A stretch of DNA of 54,298 nucleotides from Candidatus Woesearchaeota archaeon (GTDB lineage: Archaea; Nanobdellota; Nanobdellia; Pacearchaeales; GW2011-AR1), in contig CAYZYU010000001.1 of the NCBI GenBank assembly GCA_964482915.1, forward strand, positions 34,266 through 88,563, written 5' to 3'. How positions within the stretch are numbered: position 1 is the stretch's first letter; every line of letters starts with the position of its first letter. A model generated the notes under the pieces. That model was not told the DNA's origin. It saw nothing but the letters and a program-made list of their open reading frames with translations, and made no database searches. Positions 36,394 to 45,937 of the stretch are shown here, piece by piece. Both the position numbers and the translations under genes were made by a program.

Positions 36394-37182
36394 ATGGTAA
36401 ATCATCGTTCTTTTAATATACTGGGCAATATAGCGGTTGTTAATTTCTCAGATGGGACAAAGTCTTTAGAGAAAAAAAAGTTTGCTAAAGAAATATTAGA
36501 AAAAAATAAGATTATTAAAACAGTTCTAGAAAAATCAGGAAGATTTTCTGGAAGATTAAGAAAGATGGAGACAAAACATCTTGCAGGAGAAAAAAATAAA
36601 GAGGTATTATATAAAGAGAACAATTGCACTTTTAGATTTAATATCGATACAACTTACTTCTCTCCAAGATTAAGTAATGAAAGAAAAGAAATATCTTCAT
36701 TAATACAGAAGAATTCAACTGTTTTAGTCATGTTTGCAGGAGTTGCTCCTTTTTCAATAGTCATAGCAAAAAATTCCAAACCTAAAGAGATTTATTCTAA
36801 TGAAATAAATAGGGAAGCTAATAAATATGCAGAAATTAATGCTGAAATAAACGGAGTTAAAAACAAGATAAATTTTGTTAATGGTGATATAAAAAAAATT
36901 GCTTTTAAATTAAAAGGGCAAGGCAAGAATTTTGATTATATTGTTATGCCTCGTCCAAATCTTAAGGAAAGTTTTTTGGAACAGGCTTTTATGCTAAGTA
37001 AGAAAGGCACTAAGATATATTATTATGATTTTTGCAAAGTAGATGAAACAGACTTGATTGTTAAGAAAATAAAAGAGCAGGCTGAGAAATTTAAATTCTC
37101 AATTAAGATATTAAATGTTAAATCTGCTGGAGAAACCGCACCTTACAAAATAAGAGTTAGAGTAGATTTTGAGATAATCTAA
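36394..37182 (+). CDS. trm5: tRNA (guanine37-N1)-methyltransferase Trm5/Taw22-like (Met-10+ family)
   Basis: VMFAGVAPFSIVIAK (SAM motif I), NEINREANKYAEINAEINGV, VMPRP. Confidence 0.75.
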   Translation: MVNHRSFNILGNIAVVNFSDGTKSLEKKKFAKEILEKNKIIKTVLEKSGRFSGRLRKMETKHLAGEKNKEVLYKENNCTFRFNIDTTYFSPRLSNERKEISSLIQKNSTVLVMFAGVAPFSIVIAKNSKPKEIYSNEINREANKYAEINAEINGVKNKINFVNGDIKKIAFKLKGQGKNFDYIVMPRPNLKESFLEQAFMLSKKGTKIYYYDFCKVDETDLIVKKIKEQAEKFKFSIKILNVKSAGETAPYKIRVRVDFEII

Positions 37183-38493
37183 TTATAGTTTTTTTTCAGC
37201 TTTTAATGATGTAGGAGCCTCTCCACCATGCCAGGTGAATCTAGGACGTACACGCATAGGATAGATTCTTTCAGAATTATCATCTAACACAATTGCAGAA
37301 CCATTAAGTGAAGGTAAATCATCCATGTATTGTTTTATGCTTTCTAAAAGATAACTTTGCATTATTCTGTTTAAGGCTTCCAAGTCTGTTGCAGAAGTAA
37401 CTCTATGAGATATTACAATATCTGATTGGGTCATTACATCTTTATGTATTTGTCCTGGTTGTTGTGTTGCTAATACTAAAGATATTCCAGGTTGTCTTCC
37501 TTCTCTTAAAAGCTGAGTTAAAGCATCACTTGCAATTGTTTTTCCTTCTAAGGGTAAGAATTCATGTGCTTCATCGATAAAAAGCCAGACTAAAGGACTT
37601 TCTTTTTTTTCAGTATAAGATGAATAATCCAATCCTTTTGAAACTGCTTCTATTTCTTCTTTTTTTCTTGCATTCATTCTTTGATTGAATAATTTTCTTG
37701 AAATTAAACTTATTACTAATGCCCTAACATTAAAACTCCCCACAGAATTATATGTACTTAAATCAAGAACAGTTGTTATTCCAGCAGTTACGAGATTAGT
37801 TACTTTTGTTGGGGGAATTCCTTTTTTTGAAAATATTCCCCAAGTATTTGCAGCTTCAAACAAGGCTGAAGTAGCATTTTTTACTTCTCTATCTGTTTTT
37901 TCATCTTTTTCAATTTCACCTAATATATCTTCTATATCAAAACTTTTTTTAATTCTTAATTTATTTATTGTTCTTTCAATTAATACTGCTACAGGATTTA
38001 TTATATCGAGTCCAAATGTTAATATCCAATCTTCAGCATTCATTTCACAGATATCTAATGCAAATTTTTCATCTGCAGGTATTCCTCTTCTTACATAATC
38101 ATCATAGGAACCATAGGGTATGAACACCTTAACTTTTAGGTTTTTAGGTTTCAAATCCCATTCATGTAATAATTCTTTATCTTTTTCATTTGGATATTTC
38201 ATTGTCCAATATATTCCCATTGTATCAAAAATTAAAGAAGCAATATTTTGAGAGACTTCTTTTGGGAGGTTAGATAATTCTTCTGCTAAAACACCCAATG
38301 TATATGATTTTCCTGAACCACGCTTTCCAGCAACAAGCACAACATGGCTTCTTATAACATCCATAAACATTTTATTGCTTAAAGAAGTGTACTGCCCCAT
38401 CTTTACATATCCTTTTCCTATATACGCTAATCCTTTATTCTCAAAACTCTTTTTATCTGAAGAATTCCTTCCTGTTATTATATCATATGGCAT
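37183..38493 (-). CDS. HerA-like / DUF87 P-loop ATPase
   Basis: Walker A VAGKRGSGKSYTLG, Walker B WLFIDEAHEF, LREGRQPGISLVLATQQP. No NurA-like partner in the window. Confidence 0.75.
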   Translation of the reverse strand: MPYDIITGRNSSDKKSFENKGLAYIGKGYVKMGQYTSLSNKMFMDVIRSHVVLVAGKRGSGKSYTLGVLAEELSNLPKEVSQNIASLIFDTMGIYWTMKYPNEKDKELLHEWDLKPKNLKVKVFIPYGSYDDYVRRGIPADEKFALDICEMNAEDWILTFGLDIINPVAVLIERTINKLRIKKSFDIEDILGEIEKDEKTDREVKNATSALFEAANTWGIFSKKGIPPTKVTNLVTAGITTVLDLSTYNSVGSFNVRALVISLISRKLFNQRMNARKKEEIEAVSKGLDYSSYTEKKESPLVWLFIDEAHEFLPLEGKTIASDALTQLLREGRQPGISLVLATQQPGQIHKDVMTQSDIVISHRVTSATDLEALNRIMQSYLLESIKQYMDDLPSLNGSAIVLDDNSERIYPMRVRPRFTWHGGEAPTSLKAEKKL

Positions 38494-38627
38494 TTGAGTA
38501 TAAGTTTATGTTAATTTTTAATTGTTTGTTTTGTTATTGATTAACTATTAATTTATTGTTTTACCACTTTTCTGGAGGGAGATTTGAGAACCGCAATATT
38601 TTTAAACGTACTTTTCATCTTTTCAAA

Positions 38628-39680
38628 ATGGAAAGTGGACATCACGAACACCATGAACATGCAGAACATATTCATAAAGTGCATGTGGAAAGAAAGAGGC
38701 ATTCTTTAAGAGCTAATCCTTGGGTAGTTTCAACAATTGTTTTGGTGTTATTAGTAATTCTTTTACTTATATTAAATATTTTTGGAAAAGGAGGAGTATC
38801 TGTTAAGAATATTTCAGCAGATAAAGCTGGAGAGAAGCTTCTTAATTTTGCAACTAACCTTGGATATGATGCTGAAGTAAAGAGTGTTGAAGAGCAAGGG
38901 AGTTTTTACCTTGTTACCCTTTCAATAGAGGGAGAAGATCTTCCTATGTATGTTACTAAAGACGGACAATATTTTGCTAATGCTTTATATCCTTTAGAAG
39001 CTGAGAATAATACAAATACTAATACAAATACTAATACACAGACTACAGAAGTTCCTAAGACTGCAAAACCTAGTGTAGAATTATTTGTTATGAGTTATTG
39101 CCCATATGGTACTCAGGCAGAAAAAGGAATTTTACCTGTTGTAGATTTATTAGGTGATAAGATTGATTTCAACTTAAGATTTGTTTATTATGCTATGCAT
39201 CCTTCTCAAGGAGAAGTTGAAGAAAATCTAAGACAATATTGTATACAGAAAGAACAAGAGAGTAAATTCAATGCTTATTTGACATGCTTCTTGAAGGCTG
39301 GAGATAATTCAACTTGTTTGACAGAAGCAAAGATAGATAAGACTAAATTAAGTTCATGTATGACTGCCGCAGATAAACAATTTCAAATATCAGCAAATAA
39401 AAATGATAAGACTAAATGGTTAAATGGAAATTATCCTCTTTTCAATATTGATAAAGAATTGAATGAACTTTATAATGTAGGTGGAAGTCCAACACTTGTA
39501 ATAAATGGAGTTACAGTTAATAGTGCTAGATCTCCTGCTGCATATTTAACTTCAATTTGTGGTGCATTTAGTGATGGAAATGTTCCTGATGAATGTAGTG
39601 AACAACTATCTACAACTGTTTATAGTGCAGGATTTGGATATACTACCACTACAAGTAATAGTGCAGCTGAATGTGGATAA
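38628..39680 (+). CDS. membrane-anchored thioredoxin-fold (DsbA-like) thiol-disulfide oxidoreductase with His-rich N-terminus
   Basis: Trimmed to ATG 38628. Starts MESGHHEHHEHAEHIHKVH, then a TM helix, an (NT)5 linker, and an SYCPYG active-site-like CxxG/CPYG within a thioredoxin-like region, followed by GGSPTLVINGV. Confidence 0.65.
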   Translation: MESGHHEHHEHAEHIHKVHVERKRHSLRANPWVVSTIVLVLLVILLLILNIFGKGGVSVKNISADKAGEKLLNFATNLGYDAEVKSVEEQGSFYLVTLSIEGEDLPMYVTKDGQYFANALYPLEAENNTNTNTNTNTQTTEVPKTAKPSVELFVMSYCPYGTQAEKGILPVVDLLGDKIDFNLRFVYYAMHPSQGEVEENLRQYCIQKEQESKFNAYLTCFLKAGDNSTCLTEAKIDKTKLSSCMTAADKQFQISANKNDKTKWLNGNYPLFNIDKELNELYNVGGSPTLVINGVTVNSARSPAAYLTSICGAFSDGNVPDECSEQLSTTVYSAGFGYTTTTSNSAAECG

Positions 39681-39882
39681 ATAAAATAGATTTATTTTTT
39701 TTAATAATTTTGTTATCTTCTATCTCTAATTCGTTTGGGTTTATTAATTAATATTTGTTTAAGTTGAGCAGATGAGATGTGTTTAATGATAATAGGATTG
39801 TATTCAGGGTTGTTATTAGAATACTTCTCAAAAGAAGAAACTCAACTCACCCAAACTTCTGTTATTAATAAATAAACATTTC

Positions 39883-40584
39883 TCAGAAGTAAAAGCTTGC
39901 ATATCCTACAACAAAGACAGTATCTCCTGTAATATCTCCAGAATTTTTATAATCTATTAATTTAGGTTTCCAACCTTTTAATTGACACATTTTGAATAAT
40001 ATTAAAAGAGGATATAACCCACATGCATTTATGTTTTCTAATTGATATTCTTTTAGATTAGAAATTACCTCTATTGTAGATTTATCCCTCTTTACTGCTT
40101 CATTATATTCTAAAGAGTGGCTTAAATCAGTTGAGAAGATAAATACAGCTTCTTCATTAATAAATTGCTTTGCAATCTCTTCTGCTTCCTGCATATTAAT
40201 ATGTCCTACTGCAAGAGGTAGAATCTCCTTTATTCCTAATTTTTGCAAGAAAGGAATTTGATTTTCAATAGAGTGTTCATGAGGTATCTTATTGAAATTA
40301 TTTTTTGGAATTGTTATCTTCCCTAAGGGGGTTTCAAAACTATTCAATGAGCTGATTCCTTTAAATGTTTGATAGTGTGAAGGACCAAATATTATTGCCT
40401 TTTTTATATTTTTATCTTTTAATAAAGAGAAAGCCTCTCCAGCTATTTCACCAGAATAAGAATATCCTGCATGAGGAACAATTATACCATTAATCTTATC
40501 TTTCTTTACCACAGGATTTTTTGAGAGAAAGGAATCTAAAACCCTTTCTAATTTCTCTTTTTCTGTTGGAAACCACTCTTTCAT
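39883..40584 (-). CDS. amrB: AmmeMemoRadiSam system protein B (MEMO1-like)
   Basis: IIVPHAGYSYSGEIAGEAF, GPSH, TDLSH. Confidence 0.85.
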   Translation of the reverse strand: MKEWFPTEKEKLERVLDSFLSKNPVVKKDKINGIIVPHAGYSYSGEIAGEAFSLLKDKNIKKAIIFGPSHYQTFKGISSLNSFETPLGKITIPKNNFNKIPHEHSIENQIPFLQKLGIKEILPLAVGHINMQEAEEIAKQFINEEAVFIFSTDLSHSLEYNEAVKRDKSTIEVISNLKEYQLENINACGLYPLLILFKMCQLKGWKPKLIDYKNSGDITGDTVFVVGYASFYF

Positions 40585-40618
40585 AAGTTATTTAACTTGC
40601 AAAGCATTATTAAATTTT

Positions 40619-41473
40619 ATGCAGGAATGTGTTTTATACAAAAAAATAGAGAATAATGAAGTTCAATGTATTGCTTGTAATCATAAATGTATAATTAATG
40701 AAGGTAAGAGAGGTATATGTGGTGTAAGAGAAAATAATGAAGGGAGATTATATCTTTTAGTTTATGGATTAATTATTTCTGAAAATATAGACCCTATAGA
40801 GAAAAAACCTCTTTATCATTTTTTGCCAAATACAAAAACATATTCAATAGGCACAGTGGGATGTAATCTTAAATGTTATTTCTGTCAGAATCATAATATT
40901 TCCCAGATGAGAGAGATTGTTGGAAGAGATATTAGCCCAGAGGAGATTGTAGAAAGGGCAATAAAGACAGGATGTAAAAGTATTTCATATACCTATAATG
41001 AACCTACAATTTTTGCAGAATTTGTTAAAGATACTGCCGTTTTAGCTAAACAAAAAGGTCTTAAGAACATTTTAGTCACAAATGGATACATGACAAAAGA
41101 GTGTTTAGACTTTTTAGGCAAAGACATAGACGCTATGAATATAGACTTAAAATCATTTGATGAAAAATTTTATAAGAATATCTGCGCAGCTAAAATTAAA
41201 CCAGTATTAGAGACAATAAGACTTGCTCATGAGATGGGAATTCATATAGAAATAACAACTTTAGTTGTTCCTGGTGAGAATAATTCTCCTAATCAATTTG
41301 AGAAGATTGCTAAATTTATAGCAAGTGTTGATGAGAATATACCCTGGCATATCACCAGATTTTTTCCTATGTATAAAATGAAGGATAAACTTCCAACTCC
41401 TTTGGAGATTCTTGAGAAGGCAGAGAAGATTGGCAAAAAGTATTTGAAGTATGTTCATCTTGGTAATGTTTAA
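40619..41473 (+). CDS. amrS: AmmeMemoRadiSam system radical SAM enzyme
   Basis: CNLKCYFCQN (CxxxCxxC), an upstream Cys cluster CIACNHKC..GICG, and pyruvate-formate-lyase-activase-like length. Confidence 0.85.
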   Translation: MQECVLYKKIENNEVQCIACNHKCIINEGKRGICGVRENNEGRLYLLVYGLIISENIDPIEKKPLYHFLPNTKTYSIGTVGCNLKCYFCQNHNISQMREIVGRDISPEEIVERAIKTGCKSISYTYNEPTIFAEFVKDTAVLAKQKGLKNILVTNGYMTKECLDFLGKDIDAMNIDLKSFDEKFYKNICAAKIKPVLETIRLAHEMGIHIEITTLVVPGENNSPNQFEKIAKFIASVDENIPWHITRFFPMYKMKDKLPTPLEILEKAEKIGKKYLKYVHLGNV

Positions 41474-41476
41474 GAA

Positions 41477-42010
41477 ATGGCAATAAAATTGACTCAACTT
41501 GCAAGAAATACTCTTGAAGAGTATTTTAAAGGTAAAACTTTCATCCCAGATGATCATACTAAAAGTATTTACAATGAAAAGCAAGCATGCTTTGTCACTT
41601 TGACTATTGGGGGTAATCTTAGAGGGTGTATTGGTTCACTTAATCCACAAAGAGAATTATGGAAAGACGTACAAGATAATGCAATTAATGCAGCAATTCA
41701 TGATTTTAGATTCTCAAGACTAAATCAAGATGAATTGGATAAGGTTAAGATTGAAGTTTCAGTATTATCTCTTCCTAAGAAGATACAAGCAATTAATGAA
41801 AAAGATTTACTTATGAGAATAAATCCTGGAAAAGGATTTATTTTAAAAAAAGGCACGGCAACCTCAACATTCCTTCCCCAGGTTTGGGAACAGATACCTG
41901 ATAAGATTGAATTTTTAGAACAACTGTCTCTAAAAGCAGGATTAAACAGGAATGCTTGGAAAACCGGAGAATTATGGTCTTATACTGTGAGTGTAGAGAA
42001 GGAAGATTAA
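41477..42010 (+). CDS. amrA: AmmeMemoRadiSam system protein A (AMMECR1)
   Basis: ACFVTL...NLRGCIGS signature, FLPQVWEQ. Confidence 0.88.
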   Translation: MAIKLTQLARNTLEEYFKGKTFIPDDHTKSIYNEKQACFVTLTIGGNLRGCIGSLNPQRELWKDVQDNAINAAIHDFRFSRLNQDELDKVKIEVSVLSLPKKIQAINEKDLLMRINPGKGFILKKGTATSTFLPQVWEQIPDKIEFLEQLSLKAGLNRNAWKTGELWSYTVSVEKED

Positions 42011-43185
42011 CTCCTCAAATACTCCATTTCTTCTTCATCTAATTTTAATTCTTTAGATATTTCTGGATTAGAATTTATTATCTGTTTTATTAAAGGGAAT
42101 TCCTGCATTGCCCTTTTTTGTCCAATATGAGAATATTGAGAATATTTTTCTGCAATTGATTTCTTTTTCATTGTTCTTTGATTATTCATCCAGATTTTCA
42201 ATATTCTGGTTGGTTTTTTATATGTGGTAAATCCTGGTTTAGCCTGTTTTTTTGAAGATGCAATACCATAACTTAAGAAAATATTTTCATAAACTAGAAA
42301 TCTCCAGTATTGCTGTTTGTAAATTCTTCCTTTGAAGATATCTGTTTTACTTAACAAATCATAAGCTCTTGCCAATTCTCTTCCTTTGTATTCATTGGGA
42401 ATGTTTTCTTCTACCCATAAGATTATTTCATCTATTGGAGTTTTTACAGAGTCAAATAATTTTAGTATCTCATCATTTGCTTTTTCCTTAAATATAATTT
42501 TCAATGCATTGAAAATATCAACTTCTTTATTTCTTTCATCAAAATCAATACCTGTGAGGTCCTTAAGTTTTGAGATTGTTTGTAAATCATTTATTGCTGC
42601 CCTTAAATCTCCTTTAGATTTAACTGCAATTCTTGTAAGTACTTCATCTTCTATGAAACTTTTTTCTTTTCTTAGAATATCTGCAAGCACTTCTTTTATT
42701 ATTCTATAATCAATATTTCTTAATTGAATTAATTCTGCTTCTTTTCTTAGTGGATTTAATGATTTATCCCAAATATCATTTGCGGTTACTATAATTGGAA
42801 AGCGAGAGATCCCAATTAATTCTATAAATTCTGTTAAACCTCCTCTATCTACAGTAGATATTCCATCTACTTCATCCACTAAAATTATTTTTCCTTGTTT
42901 TATTAAAGATTTTTGCTCAATTGCCGGTTTTAACACTTCTTCTAGTCTCTTCTTGTCACGTAAATCAGAAGCATTTAATTCAAATATCTCAGAATTTGTT
43001 TCTTTTCCTACAACATGGGCTATAGTTGTCTTACCTGTCCCGGGAGGACCGTGCAAGACTATAGCTTTTTTAGAATTTTTATTATGAAAATCTTCGAGGA
43101 ATTTTCTAACTTTGTCTATTGCTTCATTCTGCCCCTTAATATCTCTGAATGTTTTTGGTCTGTATTTTTCAACCCAAGGTGACAT
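42007..43185 (-). CDS. rfcL: replication factor C large subunit
   Basis: [35 protein letters not shown]. Confidence 0.88.
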   Translation of the reverse strand: MSPWVEKYRPKTFRDIKGQNEAIDKVRKFLEDFHNKNSKKAIVLHGPPGTGKTTIAHVVGKETNSEIFELNASDLRDKKRLEEVLKPAIEQKSLIKQGKIILVDEVDGISTVDRGGLTEFIELIGISRFPIIVTANDIWDKSLNPLRKEAELIQLRNIDYRIIKEVLADILRKEKSFIEDEVLTRIAVKSKGDLRAAINDLQTISKLKDLTGIDFDERNKEVDIFNALKIIFKEKANDEILKLFDSVKTPIDEIILWVEENIPNEYKGRELARAYDLLSKTDIFKGRIYKQQYWRFLVYENIFLSYGIASSKKQAKPGFTTYKKPTRILKIWMNNQRTMKKKSIAEKYSQYSHIGQKRAMQEFPLIKQIINSNPEISKELKLDEEEMEYLRS

Positions 43186-43187
43186 CT

Positions 43188-43736
43188 TTATTCTTCTGAA
43201 ATTAACCTCCTCCAGTTTTTTTTGTAATAATTATATTTTTTCTCGAATTCATTTTTTGGAGTCAAAGCTATTTTTAGTTCTTTTAGCTTCTCTTTTAATT
43301 CATTCAAAACTCTTTCTTTGTTATCTTCACTGGACATTTTTTCAAGTTCTAAAATATAAGCATAACTTTTTGTATAATCTACGCAGACTTTTATTCCATT
43401 CCAGTCAAACTGATTTCTTTTTCTCAACCACTTTATTTTCACAGTGTGTCCCAGTTTATTGAGGAACTTTTCCAACATTTCAAAATCATCTCTTTTTATA
43501 GGTATTTCAATCTCTTCCATAAATTCGTCATGGACATTTCCTGATTTATGCCACAGTTTGGCACCAGAATTATTCCTTTGAATCCTAAGATTTGAATTTT
43601 CATCAAAATAAAATGTTTCCTGATAATCTTGATCAATAAATTCTGCATTTTCACTAAAAAATTTTAAAAGTTCCTCGTATTGTTCTCTTGTGATAAAAGA
43701 ACGTATTTCAACTTCAATATTCTTGTCTGCATCCAT
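43188..43736 (-). CDS. CYTH-domain protein (triphosphate tunnel metalloenzyme / CyaB-like)
   Basis: N-terminal IEVEIRSF (ExExK-type motif with R) and alternating charged beta-strand pattern. The call is moderate. Confidence 0.65.
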   Translation of the reverse strand: MDADKNIEVEIRSFITREQYEELLKFFSENAEFIDQDYQETFYFDENSNLRIQRNNSGAKLWHKSGNVHDEFMEEIEIPIKRDDFEMLEKFLNKLGHTVKIKWLRKRNQFDWNGIKVCVDYTKSYAYILELEKMSSEDNKERVLNELKEKLKELKIALTPKNEFEKKYNYYKKNWRRLISEE

Positions 43737-43741
43737 TTTAT

Positions 43742-44026
43742 TTAATTATTCCTCCTTCTACCCTCTTTCTTAATATTTTCTAATCTCTTTTCTAAATCTT
43801 CTTGAGAAAAATTATATTTATCTTTCATTAAATTTAAAAAATCTTCTTTGTATTTACTATTGTCAAATCCATTTAATTCATCTTTTAAATATTGATAAAT
43901 AAATTCAATATTTCTTGATTCTTCAAGATTTAATATTTTATCTTGTGGATGAGGTAATATAGCTTCTGCCCAATATATGTATAGAAGAGGATCTTCTTTT
44001 GTTCTTTTTTGAGATATCATTCTCAC
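43742..44026 (-). CDS. hypothetical small protein in the RFC operon
   Basis: 94 aa. Overlaps the rfcS stop by 4 nt. Confidence 0.55.
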   Translation of the reverse strand: MRMISQKRTKEDPLLYIYWAEAILPHPQDKILNLEESRNIEFIYQYLKDELNGFDNSKYKEDFLNLMKDKYNFSQEDLEKRLENIKKEGRRRNN

Positions 44027-44985
44027 TCCTTGCCTAAACCTGCAAGAACGAAACTTGCAAGTAGAGCTTGAAGTTGTATGAAAGGATCTGAACCTTCTAC
44101 AATCCTGAATTCCGATTCTCCTGTTTTTTCTGTTAATCTTACTTTTAATTCTGGTTCAACAGGAAGATTCCAGATTTCTTTTTGTATTGCTTTTATCACA
44201 TCCTGTCCTGAAATTGATTCTTTTAACATTACATCAAGAAGTTTTTCTCTTGCTCTCTGGAAGTCTCCTGCAAGAGCATAATCCAATACTACTTTGATAT
44301 CTTTTGGTTTAGCATTGGAGATTATAGTTGAGATTAATTCTGGAGTTATATTTGGAGAGATAGAGGCAGTTGCTTGTAGAAGATTTGTAGCTCTACGACA
44401 ATCTCCTTCACTTCCTTCATACAATATTTCAATAGCTTCTGGATTTATTGTAAGGTTTTCTCTTTTACCTATTTCTAAAATATATTTTTCAATATCTTTT
44501 TTTTCAAGAAGCTTGAATCTGAAAATACTACAACGAGATTGAATAGGGTCTATTACTTTACTTGAATAATTGCATGAAAGTATGAATCTACATGTTGAAG
44601 AATAATTTTCCATAGTTCTTCTTAGTGCCTGCTGGGCTTCTGGCGTTAATGCATCTGCTTCATCTAAGAAGATTATCTTAAAAGGAACATTTCCTATTGA
44701 TTTAGTTCTTGCAAAATTTTTTACTTTCTCACGGACTATATTTATACCACGTTCATCAGAAGCATTTAATTCCAGATAATTCTCTTTCCAATTTGCTCCA
44801 TAAAGCTCTTTTACTATTATTAATGCTAAACTAGATTTACCTGTTCCTGCAGGTCCTGCAAATAATAAATGGGGGATATTCATAGAATTAGTCAACCCTT
44901 CAATTCTTTTTACTATCTCTTCCTGCCCAACAAGTTCATAAAATCTAGAAGGCCTGTATTTTTCTGTCCAAATAGAGCTCACCAT
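44023..44985 (-). CDS. rfcS: replication factor C small subunit
   Basis: WTEKYRPSRFYELVGQ, FAGPAGTGKSS, FLDEADALT, QSRCSIFRF (SRC motif). Confidence 0.93.
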   Translation of the reverse strand: MVSSIWTEKYRPSRFYELVGQEEIVKRIEGLTNSMNIPHLLFAGPAGTGKSSLALIIVKELYGANWKENYLELNASDERGINIVREKVKNFARTKSIGNVPFKIIFLDEADALTPEAQQALRRTMENYSSTCRFILSCNYSSKVIDPIQSRCSIFRFKLLEKKDIEKYILEIGKRENLTINPEAIEILYEGSEGDCRRATNLLQATASISPNITPELISTIISNAKPKDIKVVLDYALAGDFQRAREKLLDVMLKESISGQDVIKAIQKEIWNLPVEPELKVRLTEKTGESEFRIVEGSDPFIQLQALLASFVLAGLGKE

Positions 44986-45083
44986 ACTTTGAAAAAATAA
45001 TGTTGGTTAATAAAGGTTATTGTGATAAAGTGAGACAATTAACTTTAATAATATTCTTTTTGTATTTTATCTAATAAATAAAG

Positions 45084-45860
45084 ATGGTGTCTGAGACTTT
45101 AATTTTTATTTTAGCAGGTTTTGCTACAGGTATAATAACAGGATTAGTTGGAGCTTCTGCGATAGTTGCATTTGCACCTCTTATATTAATCTTTTTTGAT
45201 TATAATGCATTTACACTTATAGGAATAAGTTTGGCTCTTGATGTTTTTGTCTCTCTTGGAGCATTATTTACTTATAAAAGATATAAACATATTGAGTTTA
45301 AAACAGGAATTTATCTTTCAATATTAGCAATATTGGGAGCAATCATAGGAAGTTATGTTTCTAGATCGATTTCTAATACTAATCTTGTTGGAGTTACTTC
45401 ATTAATAACCGCCTTTACAGGTATATTACTTTTCAGAAGAAAATCTAATCCTAAAGAAGTTAAGAAGCGAAATAATTATTCTAAAACAAGATTTTGGATT
45501 GCAATATTTGCCTCTTTTATTGTAGGTCTTGTTGGGGGGAGTCTTGGAGCTGCTGGGGGAGTTACTGTCTTGCTTTTGCTTATATTTATTCTTAATTTTG
45601 AGACTCATTCTGCAATTGGAACTTCTATTTTTGTTATGTTTTTTATTGCATTATTTGGAGCTTTAGCTCATATTTATTATATAAATTCAATGAATTTCCA
45701 GTGGGGACTCTTATTTTTTGCAATAATTGGTGGAGTTTTAGGATCTATTTTCTCAGCAAAATCTGCTAATCTTATAAAGGAAAAATATCTCAATAAAGTG
45801 GTGGGAATACTTTTATTTGTATTAGGTGTAGCTACATTTTTACATAGAATTGTCTTTTAA
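45084..45860 (+). CDS. TauE/SafE-family anion exporter membrane protein
   Basis: About 8 TM helices with internal duplication; GLVGASAIV and GGSLGAAGGV motifs. Confidence 0.8.
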   Translation: MVSETLIFILAGFATGIITGLVGASAIVAFAPLILIFFDYNAFTLIGISLALDVFVSLGALFTYKRYKHIEFKTGIYLSILAILGAIIGSYVSRSISNTNLVGVTSLITAFTGILLFRRKSNPKEVKKRNNYSKTRFWIAIFASFIVGLVGGSLGAAGGVTVLLLLIFILNFETHSAIGTSIFVMFFIALFGALAHIYYINSMNFQWGLLFFAIIGGVLGSIFSAKSANLIKEKYLNKVVGILLFVLGVATFLHRIVF

Positions 45861-45937
45861 ATATTTTTAATCAGATTTTTATTATACATTAAGTTTAATA
45901 ATCTATATTTTTTATTTATTCTTATCTATTGTTAAAG

